The notes beneath the pieces are model-generated. The model did not search any database and had not been told where the DNA came from. It saw nothing but the letters and a program-made list of their open reading frames with translations. Source: an uncultured Chloroflexia bacterium (GTDB lineage Bacteria > Chloroflexota > Dehalococcoidia > UBA2979). Taken from it: DNA of 64,000 bases. Each line of letters starts with the position of its first letter. Position 1 is the first letter of the stretch. The position numbers and the translations under genes are program-made. The stretch spans positions 1,408,001-1,472,000 of the forward strand of contig CAVSIV010000006.1 in assembly GCA_963728205.1 (NCBI GenBank), in the 5' to 3' direction. Positions 57,015 to 64,000 of this stretch are shown here, piece after piece.

Positions 57015-57941
57015 CGCCGGTTACCGGGTCGCCCAGCGACGGCGCGCGGCAGGCTTCAGGCCTGCCGTGCCTCCCGCCCGGCGAGACGCACGGACGCCCG
57101 CGGCGCGCCGACCAGCCCACGGCAGGCCTGAAGCCTGCCGCGCGCCGGAGCACGTGCCGGAGGGCGGCTGCCGCGCGCCGGTGGCGGCGCACGTTCCTGC
57201 TCGCCGGCCTCGTCGTCGTGCTGCTGCTCGCCACCAGCTGCGTCGCTGCCGACGGCACCGTGACGACGCCGAACGTCGGCCTGGGCACGCAGGCCTCGAC
57301 GTCGCCGTCGGGCGCGGCCACCGGCGTGCAGCTGCTCGTGCTGCTCACCGTGCTCTCGCTGGCGCCGGCGCTGCTGATCATGGTGACGAGCTTCACCCGC
57401 ATCATCATCGTGCTCTCGCTCGTCCGGAATGCGATCGGCGTGCCGCAGCTGCCGCCCAACCAGGTGCTGCTCGGCATCGCCTTCCTGCTCACCATCTTCG
57501 TGATGGCGCCCGTCTGGACGACCGTGAACCACGACGCCCTGCAGCCATACCTCGCCGGCACGATGGACCAGTCGACCGCCCTCAAGCAGGCGGACGCGCC
57601 CGTGCGCAAGTTCATGCTCGCGCAGACCCGGGAGAAGGATCTCGAGCTGTTCGTCAGCATGTCGCAGGACACGAAGCCGGAGAGCGTCGACCAGGTGCCG
57701 ACCTACGTCGATCATCCCGGCCTTCATCCTCAGCGAGCTGAAGACCGCGTTCCAGATGGGATTCATCATCTTCGTGCCCTTCTTGATCATCGACATCGTC
57801 GTCTCTTCGGCGCTGCTGTCGATGGGCATGATGATGCTGCCACCCGTCGTCGTCTCACTGCCCTTCAAGATCCTGCTCTTCGTCCTCGTGGACGGATGGA
57901 GCCTGATTATCGGCTCGCTCGTCACGAGCTTCGTCCGCTAA
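57011..57941 (+). CDS. fliP: Flagellar export gate FliP; frameshift near 57709
   Basis: [25 protein letters not shown] and PPNQVLLG. After the shift [17 protein letters not shown]...[24 protein letters not shown]. Confidence 0.93.
57041..57146. repeat. Perfect 29-bp inverted repeat doublet (REP family 2) within the fliP 5' region
   Basis: GGCGCGCGGCAGGCTTCAGGCCTGCCGTG (57041-57069) and its exact reverse complement (57118-57146). Confidence 0.88.
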
Positions 57942-57971
57942 CGCGCGCTTCCGGATAGGGGGAACCCCGCG

Positions 57972-58241
57972 ATGTCAGATGCCTCGGTGATCGCACTCGG
58001 ACAGCAGGCGCTGATGACGGCGCTGCTGATCTCGGCGCCGATTCTCGTGGTCAGCATGGTGATCGGGATGGTCGTCTCGATCTTCCAGGCGATGACGCAG
58101 ATCAACGAGGTCACGCTGACGTTCGTCCCCAAGATCATCGCCGTCTTCGCCGTCTCGGCGCTGCTCGGCCCCTGGATGATCGGGACGATGGTGAACTACA
58201 CCACGCGCCTCTTCGCCACGCTGCCGCAGATGGCGCGCTAG
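57972..58241 (+). CDS. fliQ: Flagellar export gate FliQ
   Basis: VSIFQAMTQINEVTLTFVPKI. Confidence 0.96.
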   Translation: MSDASVIALGQQALMTALLISAPILVVSMVIGMVVSIFQAMTQINEVTLTFVPKIIAVFAVSALLGPWMIGTMVNYTTRLFATLPQMAR

Positions 58242-59021
58242 GTGATCGAGCAGCTGTTCTCGGTCTCGCCGGAGTGGTCGGCGAACTTCCTGCTGGTCCT
58301 CGCCCGGATCAGCGCGGCGGTGATCGTCATGCCGCTCTTCGGCGCGCGCGGCGTGCCGTCACAGACGAAGATCGGGCTCGCGCTGCTGCTCGCGCTGATC
58401 GTCGTGCCCCTGCAGACGCCCACCCTGCAGCCGGTCTCCACGAACCTCCTCGTGTTCGCCTCGCTGATCGGCTCCGAGGTCCTGATCGGCCTCACGATCG
58501 GCATCCTCGTGTCGCTCGTGTTCCAGGCGATGCAGATGGGCGCGTCGCTGGTCGGCGTGCAGATGGGCTTCGGTATCGGCGCCGTGATCGACCCGATGAC
58601 CGGCGGCCAGGTGGGCACGCTCGACCAGTTCTACCAGCTGATCGTGACGCTGGTGTTCTTCGCGGTGAACGGCCACCTGATCGTGATCCAGGGGCTGCTG
58701 CACAGCTTCGCGATCGTGCCGCCGGGCCACGCCGACATCAGCCTGATCGCCGGCGACCAGGTCGCGCCGTTCTTCGCCTCGATGTTCGTCGTCGCGATTC
58801 GCATCGCGCTGCCCGTGGTGGGCGCGCTGCTGCTGACCGACGTCGCGATGGCGCTGGTCGGGCGCACGGTGCCGCAGATGAACGTCCTGATCGTCGGGTT
58901 TCCCGTGAAGATCGGCGTCGGCCTGCTCGTGCTCGCAGCGGCGATGCCGCTGCTCACGGGGTTCATGGGCGCGGTGTTCGGCAGGGCACTGCTCGACGTC
59001 AACGGGTTCCTGGTGCCGTAG
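58242..59021 (+). CDS. fliR: Flagellar export gate FliR
   Basis: QMGFG...DP, NGHL and RTVPQMNVLIVGFPVKI motifs. Confidence 0.95.
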   Translation: MIEQLFSVSPEWSANFLLVLARISAAVIVMPLFGARGVPSQTKIGLALLLALIVVPLQTPTLQPVSTNLLVFASLIGSEVLIGLTIGILVSLVFQAMQMGASLVGVQMGFGIGAVIDPMTGGQVGTLDQFYQLIVTLVFFAVNGHLIVIQGLLHSFAIVPPGHADISLIAGDQVAPFFASMFVVAIRIALPVVGALLLTDVAMALVGRTVPQMNVLIVGFPVKIGVGLLVLAAAMPLLTGFMGAVFGRALLDVNGFLVP

Positions 59022-60095
59022 ATGGCAGCGCAGAAGACCGAACAGCCGACGAAGCGGCGCCTGGACGACGCGCGCAAGCGCGGGCAGGTCGCGCACAGCC
59101 GCGAGGTCGACAGCGCGATCGTGCTGCTCGCCGCGTTCGGCGTGCTGCGCTTCGGCGGCGCTGCGCTGTGGAACGGCATGCAGTCGCTGATCGTCGACTC
59201 CTTCTCGAACCTCAACCGCGACCCGCTGAACACGCCGCTCACCGCGCAGGTCGGCGGCGCGATGGTCGGGCGCGCCGTGCTGCTGCTGGCGCCGCTGCTC
59301 GGCGCGATCGTCGCGCTGTCGATCGCGACCGGCGTCGGACAGTCGGGGGGGCCGCTGTTCGCGACCGAGGCGCTCAAGCCGCAGCTCAGCCGCATCTCAC
59401 CGCTCGCCGGCGCGAAGCGCCTGTTCGCCAGCAAGCAGTCCTACGTCACGCTCGCGAAGTCCGTCGCGAAGTTCGTCGTGCTCGGCGGCGTGGCGTGGGT
59501 CGCGCTGCGGTCGCGCTGGGGCGACCTCACCGGGCTCGGCGTCGCGTACTCGCTGCCGCAGTCGATGGGGCTGCTCGTCGACATCGGCTTCCAGGTCGCG
59601 CTCGACGTCACGCTCGCGGTGCTCGCGCTCGCGGCCGCCGACTTCGTCTTCCAGCGCTTCGACTTCATCAGCCAGCTGCGCATGTCGCGGCAGGAGCTGA
59701 AGGACGAGATGAAGCAGACGGAAGGTGACCCGGCCGTGAAGGCGCAGATGGCGCGCATGCGGCGGTCGTTCCTGACGCGCGTGATGCAGTCGGTGCCGAA
59801 GGCCGACGTCGTGCTCGTGAACCCGACGCACTACGCCGTCGCGCTGAAGTACGACCCGACGTCGTCGGCCGCGCCGGTGGTGATCGCGAAGGGGACGGGG
59901 CTGATCGCGCAGCGCATCCGCGAGGTCGCGATGGAGCACCGCATCCCGGTGATCCAGAACCCGCCGCTGACGCGCGCCATCTACAAGGCCGTCGAGATCG
60001 GGCGCGAGATCACGCCCGACCTGTACGAGGCCGTCGCCGAGATCCTCGCCTTCGTCTACCGGCTGCGCACGGGCGCGGTCGCGGCGCGGGCGTGA
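59022..60095 (+). CDS. flhB: Flagellar export protein FlhB
   Basis: KTEQPT, EGDP and NPTH autocleavage motif. Confidence 0.97.
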   Translation: MAAQKTEQPTKRRLDDARKRGQVAHSREVDSAIVLLAAFGVLRFGGAALWNGMQSLIVDSFSNLNRDPLNTPLTAQVGGAMVGRAVLLLAPLLGAIVALSIATGVGQSGGPLFATEALKPQLSRISPLAGAKRLFASKQSYVTLAKSVAKFVVLGGVAWVALRSRWGDLTGLGVAYSLPQSMGLLVDIGFQVALDVTLAVLALAAADFVFQRFDFISQLRMSRQELKDEMKQTEGDPAVKAQMARMRRSFLTRVMQSVPKADVVLVNPTHYAVALKYDPTSSAAPVVIAKGTGLIAQRIREVAMEHRIPVIQNPPLTRAIYKAVEIGREITPDLYEAVAEILAFVYRLRTGAVAARA

Positions 60096-60112
60096 GCGGG
60101 AGGGGCTGAAGC

Positions 60113-62218
60113 ATGGCGCAGGCCGGCAACGCGTCGCCGCCGCAGGGCGGGGCCATCGGGCTGCTGACACGCAACTCCGACGTGCCGATGGCCGGGGCCC
60201 TGATCCTCATCGTCGCGATGATGGTGATCCCGCTGCCCACGGCGATGTTGACGATGTTCATCGTCACGGACATCGCCCTCGCGGTCACCGTGCTCATGAT
60301 CTCGATGTACACGCAGGACGTGCTGTCGTTCAGCGTGTTCCCGTCGCTGCTCCTCGTGATGACGCTGTTTCGGCTCGCGATCAACATCGCGTCCACGCGC
60401 CTGATCCTGCTGAACGCCGACGGCGGCTCGGTGATCTCCGCGTTCGGCCACTTCGTGGTCGGTGGGTCGGTGGTCGTCGGCATCGTCGTGTTCCTGATCC
60501 TCATGGTGATCCAGTTCGTCGTGATTACGAACGGTGCCGGCCGCGTCGCCGAGGTCGCCGCGCGCTTCACCCTCGACGCGATGCCCGGCAAGCAGATGTC
60601 GATCGACGCCGACCTCAACGCGGGGCTGATCACCGAGCAGGAGGCGCGCAAGCGCCGGACGGCGATCGCCGCGGCGGCGGACTTCTACGGCTCGATGGAC
60701 GGCGCGTCGAAGTTCGTGAAGGGCGACGCCATCGCCGCCCTGATCATCGTCGCCATCAACCTGATCGGCGGCATCGCGATCGGCGTCTTCCAGCACGGCA
60801 TGTCCGCCGGCGCCGCGGTCTCCACGTACTCGCTGCTCACCGTCGGCGACGGCCTGGTGTCGCAGATCCCGGCGCTGCTCGTCTCGACGGCCACCGGCCT
60901 GATCGTCACGCGCGGCACGACCGACGGGCACATGGGGCGCGACATCGGTGCGCAGATGTTCGCGAACCCGCGCGTGCTCTTCATCGTCGCCGCCGTACTG
61001 GGTGGCTTCGGGCTCGTACCGGGCCTTCCCCTATCCCCGTTCCTCATCCTCGCCGCAATCATGGGAGGAGCCGGTTACCTGGTCCGCACGCGCCAGCGCG
61101 AGAGCGCCGAGCAGCAGGCTGAGGCAGCCGAGGTGGAGCGCACCGAGGAGGCTCAGAGCGTGGACTCCGTGATCTCGATGCTCCAGGTCGATCCGCTGGA
61201 GGTCGAGGTCGGCTACGGGCTGATCCCGCTCGTCGACGAGGAGCACGGCGGCCACCTGCTCAACCGGATCACGATCATGCGACGCCAGGTCGCGATGGAG
61301 CTGGGGATCGTGGTCCCGATGATCCGCATTCGCGACAACCTGCAGCTCCCGGCGAACACCTACGTGGTGAAGCTGCGCGGCATCGAGATCGGCCGCGGCG
61401 AGCTGATGCCGAACCAGTTCCTCGCGATGAACTCCGGCCTCGCGAGCGAGGAGATCGAAGGCGCCGAGACCGTTGAGCCGGCCTTCGGCCTGCCGGCGCG
61501 CTGGATCGCGTCCGGCCAGAAGCAGCGCGCGGAGCTGCTCGGCTACACGGTCGTCGACTCCCCGTCGGTGCTGGTGACGCACCTCAACGAGCTGACGCGG
61601 CGCCACGCGCCCGAGCTGCTCTCGCGGCAGGACACGCAGTCGCTGCTCAACCACCTGCGGCAGGACTACCCGACCGTCGTGGAGGAGCTCGTGCCGGGCG
61701 TGCTCACGGTCGGCGAGGTGCAGGGCGTCCTGCAGATGTTGCTCGCCGAGGGCGTGTCGATCCGCGACCTCGTCACGATCTGCGAGACGCTCGCCGACCA
61801 CGGCCGCGCGACGAAGGAGATCGAGGCGCTCACCGAGATCGTGCGCTCCGCGCTGGCCCGCCAGATCACGATGCAGCACCGCTCGCCGTCGGGCGCGCTG
61901 CACGCCATCACGCTGCAGCCGCGGCTCGAGCAGACGCTCGCCTCGAGCCTGCAGAAGACCGACAACGGGACCGCGCTGCTGGTCGACCCGACGCTGCTGC
62001 AGCGGCTGCTCTCGCGCATCGCGAGCCAGCTCGAGCACGCGGCGGCGATGGGCCAGCAGCCGGTGCTGCTGACGTCGTCGCGCATCCGGCGGCCGCTGCG
62101 CCGGCTCACCGAGCGGTCGCTCCCGGCGCTCCCGATCCTCGCCTTCAGCGAGATCGCCACCGAGGTGGACGTCGAATCCGTGGGCATGGTGGAGGTCGAG
62201 GCCAGTGCAGCGGCTTAA
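60113..62218 (+). CDS. flhA: Flagellar export protein FlhA
   Basis: RVAEVAARFTLDAMPGKQMSIDADL and FYGSMDGASKFVKGDAIA motifs. Confidence 0.98.
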   Translation: MAQAGNASPPQGGAIGLLTRNSDVPMAGALILIVAMMVIPLPTAMLTMFIVTDIALAVTVLMISMYTQDVLSFSVFPSLLLVMTLFRLAINIASTRLILLNADGGSVISAFGHFVVGGSVVVGIVVFLILMVIQFVVITNGAGRVAEVAARFTLDAMPGKQMSIDADLNAGLITEQEARKRRTAIAAAADFYGSMDGASKFVKGDAIAALIIVAINLIGGIAIGVFQHGMSAGAAVSTYSLLTVGDGLVSQIPALLVSTATGLIVTRGTTDGHMGRDIGAQMFANPRVLFIVAAVLGGFGLVPGLPLSPFLILAAIMGGAGYLVRTRQRESAEQQAEAAEVERTEEAQSVDSVISMLQVDPLEVEVGYGLIPLVDEEHGGHLLNRITIMRRQVAMELGIVVPMIRIRDNLQLPANTYVVKLRGIEIGRGELMPNQFLAMNSGLASEEIEGAETVEPAFGLPARWIASGQKQRAELLGYTVVDSPSVLVTHLNELTRRHAPELLSRQDTQSLLNHLRQDYPTVVEELVPGVLTVGEVQGVLQMLLAEGVSIRDLVTICETLADHGRATKEIEALTEIVRSALARQITMQHRSPSGALHAITLQPRLEQTLASSLQKTDNGTALLVDPTLLQRLLSRIASQLEHAAAMGQQPVLLTSSRIRRPLRRLTERSLPALPILAFSEIATEVDVESVGMVEVEASAAA

Positions 62219-63920
62219 GCGATACCAGGCCCCGTCGATGGAAGACGCGTATGCCCGCGTGCGCGAGGAGTGCGGCGGCGACGCCGAGGTGGTGTCGTCG
62301 CGCACGGTGCGGTCGCCGGGGCTGTTCGGCGCGCCGCCGAACGAGTACGTCGAGATCGTGGTCCGCGTCTCGGACGAGGACCTGGAGCGTCGCGCGAAGC
62401 TGGCGGCCCGGCTGGCCGCCGCGCGCGCGGAGGCCGCCGCGGCCCGCGCCGCGGAGTCGGCGCGCGCGCAGGTGCGCGCGGAGCAGGAGGAGATCGCGGC
62501 CGCGCTCGAGGCGGCCGACGCCGAGCTCGCGCCGCCGTTCGTGAACGCGCTCGCCGGCAGCGGCGTCGTCCCCGACCCGCTCGCGCGCCCCGGACTGCTC
62601 GGCCGCATCCGCGGCCGCACGGGCGCCGTGCGCGACTCCGCCGGCGCCACCGCCGACGACGACGGCGCGGACGACGACGGCTACGACGACACGGACGTAG
62701 CCGACGCCGACGACGACGACGCGTGGGGTGACGCGGCACGGTCCGCCGCGGCCGGCCCCTTCGCGGCCATCAACGCCGCGCGCGCTGCGCGTGCCTACGA
62801 GGTGCCCGCGGCGGACCTCGCCGGCGCCCCCAATCTCGCGGCCGACGACGTTGCCGGCGACGACGCGCCGGCGTTCGCGCCGCTGCGCGCGCTCCCGCTC
62901 GACGCCGGCTTCGCGCCGGCGCCCGCCGCGCCCACCGCCGACGCCGCGGCAATCGCCGCCATGCGCGGCGAGCTCGCCGCGATCCGTGCACTGCTGGGCG
63001 AGCTCAGCGCCGATCGCCTGCAGGCGCGCATCGACGGCGCGCCCGACGCGCTCGGCGCCGCGCGCGCGCGGCTCCTGCAGCAGGGCGTCGCCCCAGCCAT
63101 CGTCGCCGCCGTGCTCGACCAGGCCGCGCAGGCCATCACGCACGGCGCCGACCCCCGGTCCGTCGCGCGCACCGTCGAGCGCAAGCTCGCCGCGCAGCTG
63201 CCCGCGGTCGCGCGCGTCGACTTCGCGCGGCGGCCGGTCGTACTGTTCCTCGTCGGCCCGTCCGGCGCCGGCAAGACCACGATGGCGATGCGCCTCGCGC
63301 TCGACATCCGCGCGCACGCGCTCTCCGCCGCCGTCGCCGGCATCGACGTCAGCCGCGCCGGCGCGCCGCAGCAGCTGGCCGCGCTCGGCTCCGCGAGCGG
63401 GGTCCCGGTCACGGTCTGCTATTCGCCCGGTGAGCTGCAGGCGATGGTGAGCGCCGGGGCCACCGACGTGATCGTGGTCGACACCCCGGGCCACAACGGC
63501 GCCCGCCCCGACCGCATGACCGAGCTCAAGGCATTCCTCCAGGCGGCGCGTCGACGGCAGGTGCTGCTCGTGTTGCCCGCCACGATGAAGGCCGGGGATC
63601 TCGAGGCCGTGACGCGCGCGTACCGCCCGGTCGAGCCGCAAGGGCTCGTGATCACGCGCTGCGACGAGACGTCGGGTTACGGAGCGCTCCTCACCACGGC
63701 TGCGACGTCCGGCCTGGGCGTGGCCTACACCGCGCACGGCGACGCCATCGGCACCCCGCCGCACGGCGGGGACAACATCACGCTCGCGCGCGCCGTGATG
63801 AGCGGCGCGTGGCCGCAGCCGGCGCCCGCGGCGACCGGCCGCGGTCCCGCCACCGCATCCACCCCGCTCCCCGGCGCCCTCGCCGCCGCGCGCGCCCGCT
63901 CCAGCGCGCGCGCCGGGTAG
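62205..63920 (+). CDS. flhF: FlhF-like SRP-family GTPase
   Basis: N-terminal KRYQAPSMEDA...VREECGGDA, GPSGAGKTT, DTPG and TRCDE (degenerate G4). Follows flhA. Confidence 0.85.
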   Translation: MQRLKRYQAPSMEDAYARVREECGGDAEVVSSRTVRSPGLFGAPPNEYVEIVVRVSDEDLERRAKLAARLAAARAEAAAARAAESARAQVRAEQEEIAAALEAADAELAPPFVNALAGSGVVPDPLARPGLLGRIRGRTGAVRDSAGATADDDGADDDGYDDTDVADADDDDAWGDAARSAAAGPFAAINAARAARAYEVPAADLAGAPNLAADDVAGDDAPAFAPLRALPLDAGFAPAPAAPTADAAAIAAMRGELAAIRALLGELSADRLQARIDGAPDALGAARARLLQQGVAPAIVAAVLDQAAQAITHGADPRSVARTVERKLAAQLPAVARVDFARRPVVLFLVGPSGAGKTTMAMRLALDIRAHALSAAVAGIDVSRAGAPQQLAALGSASGVPVTVCYSPGELQAMVSAGATDVIVVDTPGHNGARPDRMTELKAFLQAARRRQVLLVLPATMKAGDLEAVTRAYRPVEPQGLVITRCDETSGYGALLTTAATSGLGVAYTAHGDAIGTPPHGGDNITLARAVMSGAWPQPAPAATGRGPATASTPLPGALAAARARSSARAG

Positions 63921-63941
63921 CGGCGCGGAAAGGGGGCCGCG

Positions 63942-64000
63942 ATGCCCGCGTTCATCGACCTGCGACCCGGCATGACGGTCCATGTCATGCCCGAGGGTGG
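63942..64000 (+). CDS. Start of next gene, truncated (MPAFIDLRPGMTVHVMPEG)
   Basis: ATG after a purine-rich RBS; too short to assign. Confidence 0.4.
   Translation, partial: MPAFIDLRPGMTVHVMPEG

Noticed and set aside
2016-57941. Decaying (pseudogenised) flagellar system
   Set aside because: Each broken gene has a single indel with intact halves and no nonsense codons, and the same indel type hits non-flagellar genes. Sequencing error is more likely, though unproven.
518-63983. Numerous long antisense or alternate-frame ORFs rich in R/A/G/P
   Set aside because: Shadow ORFs are expected at this GC content. They overlap well-supported genes and lack motifs.

Overview
Very high-GC bacterial chromosomal window (roughly 70-75% GC by eye). 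It most likely comes from a Chloroflexota, probably a Dehalococcoidia-like organism. This is inferred from the Chloroflexi-type LexA, the F420 and cobamide salvage genes and the small Cys-rich proteins. Two flagellar clusters sit at the ends: fliH-fliI-fliJ-flgB-flgC-fliE-fliK-flgD-(TIGR02530-like)-flgE at 1-8.4 kb, and flbD-motA-motB-fliL-fliM-fliY/N-fliO-fliP-fliQ-fliR-flhB-flhA-flhF at 50.7-64 kb. Between them lie an MshC-like ligase, glucan phosphorylase, F420 genes (LLM oxidoreductase, cofE, npdG), lexA, holA, ABC/MFS transporters, two trypsin-like proteases, a cobalamin-riboswitch-controlled btuFCD-cobO-cobT-cobS-cobU operon, and tandem GNATs. Most notable observations: (i) a c-di-AMP (ydaO-type) riboswitch in front of a tiny Zn-ribbon gene, heading a signalling island (degenerate HD-GYP, second small Zn protein, NarL-type and CheY-like regulators) directly upstream of the motor operon; (ii) a REP-like hairpin family, expanded to an 18-unit array inside the flagellar operon, plus a second REPIN-like family, one copy of which lies within the fliP reading frame; (iii) a promoter-uORF-terminator attenuator in front of the GNAT pair; (iv) a structured flgE leader; (v) seven frameshifts, four of them the same GATC-to-GAATC/GATTC change, which suggests systematic sequencing errors at a modified motif rather than true pseudogenes. 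No rRNA, tRNA, CRISPR array or transposase was recognised. All calls come from motif recognition by eye; no searches were run.
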